A stretch of DNA of 64,000 bases from Eubacteriales bacterium (GCA_045602325.1 JAZSBH010000039.1:18918-82917), one strand, 5' to 3'. Shown: positions 27,792-37,582, counted from the first letter of the stretch. The notes: generated by a model from the letters alone, not told the origin. Translations and numbers: made by a program.

Positions 27792-29183
27792 TCACTCCCC
27801 CAATCCATCATCATCCTCGTCTTCCTTCTTATCCTTCTTCCCCCTGATATTGATCTCGGGATCGTCACCCCTCTGCTTAATGATCATCTTGATGGGCGTT
27901 CCCTTGAATCCATAGGTCTCCCGCAGACAGTTCTCAATATACCGTTGGTAAGAGAAGTGGAACAGCTCGGCCATATTGCAGAACAGCACGAAGGTGGGGG
28001 GCGCGGTCTGGGTTTGGGTCATATAGTAGATCTTGAGCCGGCGGCCCTTGTCTGTGGGAGGCTGGACACGCATCATGGCCTCGCCCAGCACGTCGTTGAG
28101 CGCGCCCGTGGTGACACGGAGGTGAGACTGCTCGTAGACCGAGAGGATGAGGTCGTAGAGTCCGTCGATGCGCTGGCCGGTCTTGGCCGAAACAAAGGTG
28201 ATGGGGGCGTAGGGCATATAGGCCAGAGAATCACGAATGCGGTCGGTGAATTCCTTGACGGTGCTGTTGTCCTTTTCAATGGAATCCCACTTGTTGACCA
28301 CGATGATGGTGGCCTTACCCGCTTCGTGGGCGATACCAGCGATCTTCTCGTCCTGCTCGGTGATGCCCACCGACGCGTCGATCATGAGGAGGCAGACGTC
28401 GGCTCTCTCCACCGCCATATGGGCGCGGAGTACCGAGTATTTCTCGATCTGATCCCCAATCTTGGACTGACGGCGGATGCCCGCGGTGTCGATGAAGGTA
28501 AAGGTTCCGCGCTCATTGACCAGACGGGTGTCCACCGCATCACGGGTGGTGCCGGCGATGTCGGATACGATCATGCGGTTCTCGCCCAGGAAGCGGTTGA
28601 TGATGGAGGATTTGCCCGCATTGGGCTTACCGATGACGGCGATCTTGATGCCGCTCTCTTCCTCTTCGCCCTCTTCCCAGTCGGCAAGAGCCTCACAGCA
28701 GGCGTCCAGCAGGTCGCCGGTACCCGAGCCGTGGATGGAGGACACCGCTACAGGGTCGCAGTCAAAGCCCAGTTCGTAGAACTCGTAGTATTCAAAGGGA
28801 AGATCGCCTACGCGGTCGCACTTGTTGATGCAGGGAATGATGGGCTTGCCGCTCTTCTGGAGCATGACTCCGATGTCGCGGTCGGCGGCGGTCAGACCCG
28901 TGCGGACGTCGCACATGAAAACAATGACGTCAGCGTCGTCGATGGCCACCTGGGCCTGCACCTTCATCTGGGACAGGATGATGTCGTCGGTCTTGGGCTC
29001 GATACCGCCGGTGTCGATGAGGATCAGCTGACGGCCATTCCATTCGGTCTCGCCGTAGATGCGGTCGCGGGTGACACCGGGGGTATCCTCCACGATGGAG
29101 CGACGCTCGCCGATAAGCTTATTGAACAGGGTGGATTTGCCCACGTTGGGGCGGCCGACAATAGCGATAATGGGTTTGGACAT
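27792..29183 (-). CDS. der: ribosome-biogenesis GTPase Der (EngA)
   Basis: 463 aa. Tandem G domains (GRPNVGKST, GKPNAGKSS). KH-like C-terminus plus a charged tail. AAGGAG SD. Confidence 0.95.
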   Translation of the reverse strand: MSKPIIAIVGRPNVGKSTLFNKLIGERRSIVEDTPGVTRDRIYGETEWNGRQLILIDTGGIEPKTDDIILSQMKVQAQVAIDDADVIVFMCDVRTGLTAADRDIGVMLQKSGKPIIPCINKCDRVGDLPFEYYEFYELGFDCDPVAVSSIHGSGTGDLLDACCEALADWEEGEEEESGIKIAVIGKPNAGKSSIINRFLGENRMIVSDIAGTTRDAVDTRLVNERGTFTFIDTAGIRRQSKIGDQIEKYSVLRAHMAVERADVCLLMIDASVGITEQDEKIAGIAHEAGKATIIVVNKWDSIEKDNSTVKEFTDRIRDSLAYMPYAPITFVSAKTGQRIDGLYDLILSVYEQSHLRVTTGALNDVLGEAMMRVQPPTDKGRRLKIYYMTQTQTAPPTFVLFCNMAELFHFSYQRYIENCLRETYGFKGTPIKMIIKQRGDDPEINIRGKKDKKEDEDDDGLGE

Positions 29184-29243
29184 GGTTATATAGTCTCCTT
29201 TCGGTCAGGGAAGGGTATTTTTTGATTTTGGTACTTGCGTGGT

Positions 29244-29531
29244 TCAATTCGCGAACGTTTCTCCAATCTCAAAGCTTTCAACGATCAGAGCACCATTGGA
29301 ATCTACACGGAACCAAATGTGGAGTACTTCACTGTTTCCGCAATCCCATTCGAAAATGGTAAAGCCTGAACCGACTTCGGTCCCTTTTTCTCCCAGTAGG
29401 GTAACCACTTCTTCATATGTCATGCCGACTTGAATTTCATCGCTTTTTTCTTTGATCCGATTGCCGCAAGCGGACAGCGCGAAAAGAAGCAGAACAGATA
29501 AGCACAGAAAGAAACATAATTTGGCTTTCAC
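29244..29531 (-). CDS. small hypothetical lipoprotein
   Basis: 95 aa. GTG start with GGAGG 6 nt upstream. Lipobox LSAC. Confidence 0.6.
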   Translation of the reverse strand: MKAKLCFFLCLSVLLLFALSACGNRIKEKSDEIQVGMTYEEVVTLLGEKGTEVGSGFTIFEWDCGNSEVLHIWFRVDSNGALIVESFEIGETFAN

Positions 29532-29573
29532 GAGGGACCTCCTTCAGTTAAAAAAATGTGGATGGGGTAGAGA

Positions 29574-30887
29574 TTATTCAATTCCCAGCATTTCCTTGAT
29601 AAACTCCGCGCCGTTATTCTTTCCCGCGCGGATGGGAACACCCAGCTTTTCGGACAGCTCGGCAAGGGTCATATCGTCGAGGAACATAGCCTCGTCCGCC
29701 CGCAGGGTATTTTCGGGAATGATGAGCTGTTCACCCAATTCCTTGTGGTCGAGCTGTTCGTACATATCCTTGCCCGTCAGCAGACCTGCCACGGTGACGG
29801 ATTCGCCGAAAAAGTGATTGATGATCTCGTATACGTGAATAGTCAGCCCTTCCACCTGTGCCTCCAGTCGTGCGGCCATGGCCTTGACAGTGGGGTAAGC
29901 GGCCACACCGGTGCAAACAGATACGGTGCGGGGAGCCTGGTAGTCGGAGAGATACTCGTCGAGGAAATTCATCTCGTCGTTGAACTCGGTCAGCAGGGAG
30001 GTGATCATTCCCACGCCGTTCTCAATCTGGGCGTAGCCCTCGTAGTAGTCCTCAGAAGGGAGGGGAAGTCCTGCCTTGAGGTATAGCTCGTCGGCGCAGA
30101 AGAACTTGCGGGTGCCGCATTCAGCCAGACACTTGTCCGCGAAAGCCTCTACCTGCCGTACCACGGCGGCGGCCTCCTCGGGGGTATATGTGGTCAAAGG
30201 ATACAGCTTGTCCCGATACTTGGTCAGACCCGCAGGCACGATGGATACGCTCTCCATGGCGTCGCCCAGGGCATAGAGATCCCGCATGGAACGATCCAGC
30301 TCGTCTCCGTCGTTGATGCCGCGGCAGAGGACGATCTGCCCGCACAGGGTAATGCCCGCCTCGGCCAGTCGGGGCAGATAATCCAGTACCAGCCCTGCCC
30401 GCTTGTTGTGCATCATCTTGACCCGCAGCTCGGGGTTGGTGGTGTGTACAGAGACGTTGACGGGGGAGATGTGCATCTCAATGATGCGGTCAATGTCGTG
30501 GTCCCGGAGATTGGTCATGGTGATGAAGTTGCCGTGGAGGAAGGACAGGCGGCTGTCGTCGTCCTTGAAGTATAGGGTCTCCCGCATCCCCTTGGGTAAT
30601 TGATCGATGAAGCAGAAAATGCACTTGTTCTCACAGGAGTGCTTCTTGTCCATGAGGGGGGTCTCGAAATCCAGCCCGATGTCGTCGTATTCCCGCTTGC
30701 GGATGGTGACCTCAAAGGGCTCGCCGTCACGGGTAAGCGATAGCTTTACCTCGGTGGCGGTGAGGAAGAAGCGGTAGTCCAGCACGTCGGTGACCTCCCG
30801 GCCGTTGATGGATATGAGGGTGTCTCCCGCGAGTATACCGTGTCTTTCGGCGCGGCTGTGCGGGGTAACGGCGGTGATTCTGACCAT
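29574..30887 (-). CDS. DUF512-type protein (PDZ plus radical-SAM-like domain), typical der-upstream gene
   Basis: 437 aa from the ATG at 30887 (AAGGAG SD). PDZ-like N-terminus (GILAGDTLISINGREV). CENKCIFC (Cx3Cx2C). Confidence 0.8.
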   Translation of the reverse strand: MVRITAVTPHSRAERHGILAGDTLISINGREVTDVLDYRFFLTATEVKLSLTRDGEPFEVTIRKREYDDIGLDFETPLMDKKHSCENKCIFCFIDQLPKGMRETLYFKDDDSRLSFLHGNFITMTNLRDHDIDRIIEMHISPVNVSVHTTNPELRVKMMHNKRAGLVLDYLPRLAEAGITLCGQIVLCRGINDGDELDRSMRDLYALGDAMESVSIVPAGLTKYRDKLYPLTTYTPEEAAAVVRQVEAFADKCLAECGTRKFFCADELYLKAGLPLPSEDYYEGYAQIENGVGMITSLLTEFNDEMNFLDEYLSDYQAPRTVSVCTGVAAYPTVKAMAARLEAQVEGLTIHVYEIINHFFGESVTVAGLLTGKDMYEQLDHKELGEQLIIPENTLRADEAMFLDDMTLAELSEKLGVPIRAGKNNGAEFIKEMLGIE

Positions 30888-30950
30888 GTGGCAGGGCTCC
30901 TTTCCTCGAATTGCCTTGACGGCATAGTGATACATAATAATCCAATTTAT

Positions 30951-30979
30951 ATTATACCACAAAAAAGGAAGATTGTCAA
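30951..30979 (-). promoter_or_regulatory. sigma-A type promoter for the DUF512-lipoprotein-der operon
   Basis: Minus strand reads TTGACA, 17 nt, TATAAT, with TGTGG immediately upstream of the -10. Confidence 0.65.
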
Positions 30980-31097
30980 ATGGAAAAACGGGGATTATTT
31001 ATATTTTGTAGAGAAGAAACTGGGTGTTTTGCACAAAAAAGAAACTGAAATTTCTATGTACTCAACTGATTGTGTAGTCCACTAAACAAAAAAGGTA

Positions 31098-31125
31098 TTG
31101 ACATGGGGGGGTGATGTGATATAAT
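31098..31125 (+). promoter_or_regulatory. sigma-A type promoter
   Basis: TTGACA (31098-31103), 16 nt, TGaTATAAT ending at 31125. Confidence 0.6.
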
Positions 31126-31159
31126 ATGTATAACAATCTTTTTGAGGAGGTGTTTCTGT

Positions 31160-31708
31160 ATGGCAAAAGAAAAGAATCTGTGGCTTGCGTGCTTAAAGCA
31201 CATCATAATTGCGTCCTTGGCGACTTTTGGGGTCTATATGGCCTCGGCTTACCTGGTCGCCGCTATATTTGAGGGCGAGGACAAGCGAACACTTCGTGAC
31301 CTTGTGGCTTATGCCTTTATGATGGTCTTTTATGCCGTCTTTTTCTACCGCTTCCGTGAGTACAACCGCATCAGCACCTATATGGAGCATACGGAACGGT
31401 TCGACCTGAAGGGGGAACTGATGGCGTTTCTGCGCGCCGATGGAAAGATCGTACTGGCCATTTATGGCATCGCCGCTATCGCCACGGAGATATCCTTCTT
31501 TATATTCCCCAGCCCAACTCCCAACCCCGTTGCTACGGTGTGTTTGTTCGCTTTGGGGCCATTTAGCGCCTTGATCCCCGTTCCCGTCCTCCGCTCGGCT
31601 CTGTGCTTCGTCTATGCCGCGGCTGTGGCCTGTGTCCTGGCCATGCTCCGAAGCCGCAAGATCCATCAGAATGACCTGGCGGCCAATGCGCGACGGAGAG
31701 AGCATTGA
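31160..31708 (+). CDS. hypothetical polytopic membrane protein
   Basis: 182 aa from the ATG at 31160 (GAGGAGG SD at 31144-31150). About five hydrophobic segments. Confidence 0.65.
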   Translation: MAKEKNLWLACLKHIIIASLATFGVYMASAYLVAAIFEGEDKRTLRDLVAYAFMMVFYAVFFYRFREYNRISTYMEHTERFDLKGELMAFLRADGKIVLAIYGIAAIATEISFFIFPSPTPNPVATVCLFALGPFSALIPVPVLRSALCFVYAAAVACVLAMLRSRKIHQNDLAANARRREH

Positions 31709-31780
31709 CCTGTCCGGAAATAATCGCATAATCAACCAAAAGCGACTGCTCCTTGTGGGACAGCCGCTTTTTCTATGGGA

Positions 31781-34639
31781 TCAATTATCTTTCTTTTTGC
31801 GCTTTGCGGTCAGCACCGCGCTGCCCGCCAGGGCGAGGGGCAGAATCAAGGAGGGAAGCATCGATCCGCACCCCTTGGAATCCTCACTGTCGGTTTCGGT
31901 TTCGGTGTCGGTCGTAACGTTAGGTGCCTTGGTAGTCGGCTCGATTACGGAACCCGTTTCTACGTTGGTGGGAATCTCGGTTTCACCCTCGGCGGGAGGT
32001 ACGCTGCCGGGCATGACGGTGTTGAACACGTAGTTCAGTCTGCCCAGAGGCGCCACGTCGCCCTCGGTGTAGAACTGCTCCATGGTGGTGATCTTGGACT
32101 CGCTATCCACCCACTTGAAGTAGAAGTTCATGTAGTCGCAATGGCTGACTCCCAGCATTTCCAGCGGCACCGCGATCATGAGCTGATTTCCCTTGGCGCG
32201 GTAGCTCACCTCGCCGACGATCTCAAAGGAGTAAGCACCGTCCTTGCCGTTGTACTTAGCCACCGTGGTGGTGAATTCGTCCTTTGCCTGATAGTTGACA
32301 ATGAAGTCGTAGCCGTACCAGCCTGTTGCAGCATTCTGATCGGCATCGATAAGGAGCTGCATCCAGGAGGAATTGGGATCGAACATGGAAACGTCGTGAC
32401 GGGTCTGTGCATAGAAATAGATATTCTTGGTATCATGGGTGATCTTGGAAGCCAGAATGTCGTTGCGTCCCGTGGTATCGGTGTAGCGCTGGTTGCCGTA
32501 GCCGTCAAAATCACGATCCAGACAATCGTTTTTCGGGTCGGTATAGGTCAGGGTCACGCTGTCCCACTGGGTGAAATCACCCGTAACGTTGATGGGATTG
32601 CGGGCATCCTGCAGAATGATGGGAGCCATACCCTTGAGCTTCTGGATGTTGTAGGCGAGCTGGATGTAGTAGTTATCGAAGTAACCGCCCTTCATCATCT
32701 CAATATCGCGGGAGAACTCCACCGAGGCCAGATCCACGAAGTGCGCGTACTCGTTGGAGGTGGACTGAAGCTGTGCGATCCATTCGTTCCAGCCCGTGAC
32801 CAGCACGAAGGGAACGTCAGCCTTGTGGGCTACGTCCCATTGAGCCTGGAAGTTGAGGCCCTGCTTATACAGTTCGGGATCAGCGGCGATGGCATTATAG
32901 TATTCCTCGGTGAGCTTGTCGGTGAGCTTGTCGGTGAGCTTGGCAGAACCGTAGGAGCGCCCCAGGTTGGTACGGTCCATCTTATCGTAGATGGAATCGC
33001 TGAAGCGCCATGTGCCGCGGTGCTGAGCAACCGAGACATTGATGGCAGATTGTTTACCTTTATCGTCGCGGTAGATGTATTGGGGCCGCTTCCCGTCCAT
33101 CCAGGGCCAGGCATTGATGTGATTTTCTGGCTCGGTGGGCCATTGATTGATCTTCATGGTGAAGAAATTATCGATGTTCGCGTCTGCGGGACCCACGATG
33201 ACCGGCTTACCGTCAATGCAGAACCAGGTGTCGGAGTAGTGGCCGGGCTTGTAGATCTCGTTATAGAGGTTACGGATCATGTTCGAGGCGTTGGTATTGG
33301 TGTAGAACACCACACCGGGGGCATCGTAGCCCTGCTGATTCAACTCGTGGAGGATCTTCATGATCTTGAGCGCGGTATCCGAATGGGTGTGGTTATTGGT
33401 GGTGTCAAAGAACAGGAAATCAATGCCGATGTTGGAGAGAAGCTCCATGTGCTTGCGGAGCACCCACTCGTCATTGATATAATAGTAGCCGTACAAAGGC
33501 TCGCCGAACCAATGGAACTCTCCTACCTGACCGTATTTACCCGTGGAGAGCTTACCCTTGTCGGCATCGGGGGTGGAGTCCAGAATATCCTGGAGATTGT
33601 AGATCTCGTCCGTGGGTGCGTGCTTGCCGTGCCAGAGGAAGTAGAAGAGCCCCACGTTCCGCTCGCCGTTGTCCCCGATGACACCCACCTGGGTTGCATC
33701 GTACAGGGAGCGTCCCAGATCGTCGGTGCCTGCAAAGCCGCCGAAGCAGTTGATAGCATGGTTGGGGACCGTGTAAGACCGGGTCTCGCCGTTTACCTCA
33801 TAGGAGATCGTTACGGTCTTGCCGTCGTCGGACTCGGTGAAGGTCAGAGAGCCTGCGCGGGTGTCCTCGGGGGTCGTATCCATATCCTTGTATGCGGGAT
33901 CGGTCCACTCAACGGTGGCGCCGGTCTCCTCCTCCTCGTCGGTACTGCCGCCGGCGTTCTCCTTCTCCCAGGCCAGGAGCTTTTGGTACTCGTCGTAGTT
34001 GAAGCCCTCGGCGCCGTCCTCGGTGTCGAAAAAGGCGATACAGCGGATGTCGATGGCGTCCCCGGGCTGGATCTTGGGGTTCAGGGGATCGAAGCGAAAG
34101 GCGGTGAAGGCCACTGCATCGTCCACGTCCTTCCAGGCCTCGCAGACCACGGTGATCTTGGCGAACTCCTTGGTGGGCTTCCAGCGCCAGATCTGGACGC
34201 CGCCCTTCTGGCCCATCTGCACCCCGTCGGAGCGGTTGCAGTACAGCTCGCCATCCTTGTCCATGTCGGTGCGGTAGATGATGGCCACCGACTTGCACTC
34301 CGAGGGCTTCATGTCGGGGACGTAGAGATTGCACATGGGATCGTCGGCGGTGGCGGTGAAGGTCGTATGGGAGCCCTCTGTGACGACGGCTGTGGTGTTG
34401 CCGATTCCCTCAAAGCTGAAGTAGGCGGTCAGATCCATGTAGTGGATCGGGATCGTGGAATTGATCTCCGGCTTCTTCGCAGAGAGGAGATCGAAGGAAT
34501 AGGCATCGTTGTTCATGATATTTTCGGAATAGTCCTTTTCGGTATTGTTTGAGGCAGAGCATCCCATCAAAGCCGCCGCGCCTCCAAGAAGGGAGGCGCA
34601 GAGGATGGATGCCACAGCCCGTTTGACGCTGTGTTTCAT
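31781..34639 (-). CDS. large surface protein, paralog A: lipoprotein signal, N-terminal domain, glycoside-hydrolase-like core, C-terminal TM anchor
   Basis: 952 aa. Lipobox LMGC. Core conserved with paralog B (VGLFYFLW, EPLYGYYY, IDFLFFDTTN, TGWNEW, TGRNDI). Acidic Thr-rich linker, then GCGS + 20 hydrophobic residues + KRKKKDN. The CDS itself is firm; the enzymatic call is weak. Confidence 0.6.
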   Translation of the reverse strand: MKHSVKRAVASILCASLLGGAAALMGCSASNNTEKDYSENIMNNDAYSFDLLSAKKPEINSTIPIHYMDLTAYFSFEGIGNTTAVVTEGSHTTFTATADDPMCNLYVPDMKPSECKSVAIIYRTDMDKDGELYCNRSDGVQMGQKGGVQIWRWKPTKEFAKITVVCEAWKDVDDAVAFTAFRFDPLNPKIQPGDAIDIRCIAFFDTEDGAEGFNYDEYQKLLAWEKENAGGSTDEEEETGATVEWTDPAYKDMDTTPEDTRAGSLTFTESDDGKTVTISYEVNGETRSYTVPNHAINCFGGFAGTDDLGRSLYDATQVGVIGDNGERNVGLFYFLWHGKHAPTDEIYNLQDILDSTPDADKGKLSTGKYGQVGEFHWFGEPLYGYYYINDEWVLRKHMELLSNIGIDFLFFDTTNNHTHSDTALKIMKILHELNQQGYDAPGVVFYTNTNASNMIRNLYNEIYKPGHYSDTWFCIDGKPVIVGPADANIDNFFTMKINQWPTEPENHINAWPWMDGKRPQYIYRDDKGKQSAINVSVAQHRGTWRFSDSIYDKMDRTNLGRSYGSAKLTDKLTDKLTEEYYNAIAADPELYKQGLNFQAQWDVAHKADVPFVLVTGWNEWIAQLQSTSNEYAHFVDLASVEFSRDIEMMKGGYFDNYYIQLAYNIQKLKGMAPIILQDARNPINVTGDFTQWDSVTLTYTDPKNDCLDRDFDGYGNQRYTDTTGRNDILASKITHDTKNIYFYAQTRHDVSMFDPNSSWMQLLIDADQNAATGWYGYDFIVNYQAKDEFTTTVAKYNGKDGAYSFEIVGEVSYRAKGNQLMIAVPLEMLGVSHCDYMNFYFKWVDSESKITTMEQFYTEGDVAPLGRLNYVFNTVMPGSVPPAEGETEIPTNVETGSVIEPTTKAPNVTTDTETETDSEDSKGCGSMLPSLILPLALAGSAVLTAKRKKKDN
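32907..32942. repeat. perfect 12-bp x3 in-frame tandem repeat inside paralog A
   Basis: TCGGTGAGCTTG repeated three times. Encodes KLTD-KLTD-KLTE on the minus strand. Confidence 0.9.
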
Positions 34640-34663
34640 GGTAGAGTCCTTTCGTCGCTCGGA

Positions 34664-37582
34664 TTACTGTTCCTTACGCTTGATGAACACGACGGAGGAG
34701 AGGAGTGCCATCAGCGCGATGAAGCCCGCGGAAATAACGGTGGATTTGCATCCGCCGGAGGCAGGCTCGGTCTCGGAGACGCCGGGGGTCTCGACGGCGG
34801 GGGCGTCCGTGGGTGTCTCGGTGTCGGGAGTCTGGGTCTCGGGCTCGGTCACGGGTTGAGTCTCGGGAGCCGTAGTCTCATCCTCGGGGTAGGAGATGTT
34901 GGATACACCGGGGATGTAGTTTTGGAAGACGTAATTCATTCTTCCCAAAGGTGCCACGTCGCCGTCGCAGTAGAAGTCCTCCATCTCGTCGTAGGTGGTT
35001 TCGCTGTCGGCCCACTTGAACTGGAAGCAGAGCTCTTTGTAGCCCTCGATGCCCAACAGCTCCTGGGGAACCTCGATCATCATCTTGTTCTCCTTGACGC
35101 GGTAGGCGACCTCACCCACGGTGGTAAAGCCGTACTGACCGTCGGTGCCGTTGTATTTAGCTACGGTGGTGACGGTACCGCTCTTGACCTCGTAGTTTAC
35201 GACATAGTCGTAGCCGTACCAGCCTGTACTGCCGTTGCTGTCGGCGTCGATGTACAGCTTCATCCAGGAGGAATCGTTGTCATACAAAGGAATTTTGTCG
35301 GCGGTCTCAACGTAGAAGTAAATGTTCTTGGAATCAGCGGTCACCTTGGTAGCAACGATGTCGTTACGGCCGGAGGTGTTGGTATAGGGGGTTCTGCCGA
35401 AGCCAATGGCGTCGCGGTCAGCGGTATCGCCCTTGGCGTCGTAGTAGGTGAAAGCGACGGCATCCCATTGGTCAAACTCACCCGTGACGTTGATGGGATT
35501 GCGGGCATCCTGTACCACAATGGGGGCTGCCCCCTTGACGCGCTGGACGTTGTAAGCAAGCTGGATGTAGTAGTTATCGAAGTAACCGCCCCGCATCATC
35601 TCGGAGTCGCGGGAGAACTCCATGGAGGAGGTGTCCACGAAGAAGATACTGCCGTCATTGGTGGGCTGACGCTGGGCGACCCACTCGTTCCAGCCGGTGA
35701 CCAGGATGTACATAGCACCCGAGTCAATGGCGCGGTCGAACTGTGCCTGGAAGTTGAGACCCTGGTTGGTGAGGGTTGGATCGGCCTTCCACTCGTCGTA
35801 GCGCTGCTGGAGAATCTTTTCGTTGGAGCGCTTCTCTGCCCAGAAAGAGCGGCCGCGGTTGGAGGGATCGTTGTACAGGGAGGAGCTGGAGAAGCGGACG
35901 GAACCGCTGTGCTGGGCGATGGAGACGCTGATGGCGGCGCCGTCAAAGTCGTAAGCCGAGCGGAACAGGCGGGACGGCCACTGGAAGTCCATCCAAGGCC
36001 AGCCGTTGACCTTGGACTGCTCGGTGGGCCACTGGTTCTGCTTCATGGTGAAGAAATCGTTGATGTTGGCCTCGTTGGGACCGATGATGACCGGCTTACC
36101 GTTGATCTTGAACCAGGTGTCCTCGTACAGACCCTTGCTGTAGATGTCGTTGTAGACCTGGCGGATAACGTTCTCGGCGGAGGAGTTGGTGTAGAAGACC
36201 ACCTGAGGTGCGTCAAAGCCCTGCTCGTTGAGCTCGTGGAGGCACTCCATGAGCTTCTTGGCGTTGTGGAGGTAGGGGTAGCCGTTGGTGGTATCGAAAT
36301 ACAGGAAGTCGATGTTGGCCTGGGTCAGAAGCTCGGCGTGCTTGCGATGTACCCACTGGTCGTTGGCGTAGTAGTAGCCGTAGAGGGGCTCGGCAAACCA
36401 GTGCATGGCGCCCACGGGGCCGTACTTGCCGCATTTGGTGTTGCCTGCAGCCTCAACACCCACCTCATCGATGATCTTCTGCAAGTCGAAGATACCGCTG
36501 TCGCCGTGCTCACCCTGCCACAGGAAGTAGAACAGACCGACGTACTTCTCACCGGTGGAGCCGTAGGCGCCTACGTCGGTAGAGGTGTACATGGTGCGGT
36601 CGAGGTCGTCGGTGGCGGCGTAACCGCCCATGGTGTAGTTGTAGTTGTTGGGCACGGTGTAAGAGACGGTCTCGCCGTTTACGTGATAGGAAATGGTGAC
36701 ACTCTTACCGTCCTCGGAGACCTCGTACTTGAGGGAACCGCCGTCGGTGTCCTCGGGGGTGGTCTCCTTTTCCGTGTATGTCGGTGTCTCCCAAGCGTAG
36801 TTTTTCTTGGCCTCCTCTTCTTGGCGCTTCAGTTCCTCTTCATAAGCCAGCTTGGCGATATACTGCTCCATATCGAAACCGTTGTAGAGCTCCTCGGTCT
36901 CAAAGAAGGCGATGAAGCGGATGTCGATGGAAGCGCCTGCGGGGATGGGGTACTTGACCCAGCCGGTAGAATCCTTGTAGGGCTCGCCGTTCTCGTTGAG
37001 CACGTAGCCGGCCTCCAGGGGATCGAAGCGGAAGAAGGTAGATTTCGTGCCGTTGTAGGCACCGCTGTCGATGATGGGCTGGGTGTCGAAGCCGTGGGCG
37101 TGCCACTCGCCGTCTGCAACCACAGCGGTCTCCAGCATAGCTGTGTCGTCCTTGGGGTCATTGCCGGTGGAGCCCATGTAGCACTGAATGGTGGTGTTCT
37201 CGGCATTGGAGGAGCGGTAGGCGATGACCACGTACTTGACAGGCATATCCAAGGTGGACATGGGGCGGAAGTAGGGGTCGGCGGCAGAGGGGGTAATGGT
37301 GACGTAACCGTCCTTCAGCTCGACCGAGCCCAGTCTGTCATTGGCACCCGTAGCCTTAGACAGCTCCTCGGCGGTGAGGATGTGGGAGGGCTCGGTGGTA
37401 TTAAAGGTAGGTGCCTCGTCTGCCAGGAGATCGAAGGTGTGCCGATCGCCCGTGCTGGCTGCTGCCTCGGAGGAGAGGACTGTAGCGAGCATCGTAGCGG
37501 TCAGTGTGGCGACAGAGCCGAGCATGAGCACGGCCAGAAGAACCGACATGATCGTCAGAAGAGTTTTCTTTTTTGCGTTCAT
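34664..37582 (-). CDS. large surface protein, paralog B: signal/anchor peptide, same core as paralog A, C-terminal TM anchor
   Basis: 972 aa. Roughly 55-60 percent identical to paralog A across the core by eye, with identical DNA runs of over 20 nt (for example GCTGGATGTAGTAGTTATCGAAGTAACCGCC and ACGTTGATGGGATTGCGGGCATCCTG in both). Pro/Thr/Glu linker, then GGCKS + hydrophobic stretch + KRKEQ. Confidence 0.6.
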   Translation of the reverse strand: MNAKKKTLLTIMSVLLAVLMLGSVATLTATMLATVLSSEAAASTGDRHTFDLLADEAPTFNTTEPSHILTAEELSKATGANDRLGSVELKDGYVTITPSAADPYFRPMSTLDMPVKYVVIAYRSSNAENTTIQCYMGSTGNDPKDDTAMLETAVVADGEWHAHGFDTQPIIDSGAYNGTKSTFFRFDPLEAGYVLNENGEPYKDSTGWVKYPIPAGASIDIRFIAFFETEELYNGFDMEQYIAKLAYEEELKRQEEEAKKNYAWETPTYTEKETTPEDTDGGSLKYEVSEDGKSVTISYHVNGETVSYTVPNNYNYTMGGYAATDDLDRTMYTSTDVGAYGSTGEKYVGLFYFLWQGEHGDSGIFDLQKIIDEVGVEAAGNTKCGKYGPVGAMHWFAEPLYGYYYANDQWVHRKHAELLTQANIDFLYFDTTNGYPYLHNAKKLMECLHELNEQGFDAPQVVFYTNSSAENVIRQVYNDIYSKGLYEDTWFKINGKPVIIGPNEANINDFFTMKQNQWPTEQSKVNGWPWMDFQWPSRLFRSAYDFDGAAISVSIAQHSGSVRFSSSSLYNDPSNRGRSFWAEKRSNEKILQQRYDEWKADPTLTNQGLNFQAQFDRAIDSGAMYILVTGWNEWVAQRQPTNDGSIFFVDTSSMEFSRDSEMMRGGYFDNYYIQLAYNVQRVKGAAPIVVQDARNPINVTGEFDQWDAVAFTYYDAKGDTADRDAIGFGRTPYTNTSGRNDIVATKVTADSKNIYFYVETADKIPLYDNDSSWMKLYIDADSNGSTGWYGYDYVVNYEVKSGTVTTVAKYNGTDGQYGFTTVGEVAYRVKENKMMIEVPQELLGIEGYKELCFQFKWADSETTYDEMEDFYCDGDVAPLGRMNYVFQNYIPGVSNISYPEDETTAPETQPVTEPETQTPDTETPTDAPAVETPGVSETEPASGGCKSTVISAGFIALMALLSSVVFIKRKEQ

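Noticed and set aside
27660-29225. 521-aa plus-strand ORF beginning inside the right repeat copy (MTEKSEIGKGDPHPSRLCRATFPQGKA...)
   Set aside because: It is antisense to der, which is certain. Its N-terminus is simply the translated repeat module.
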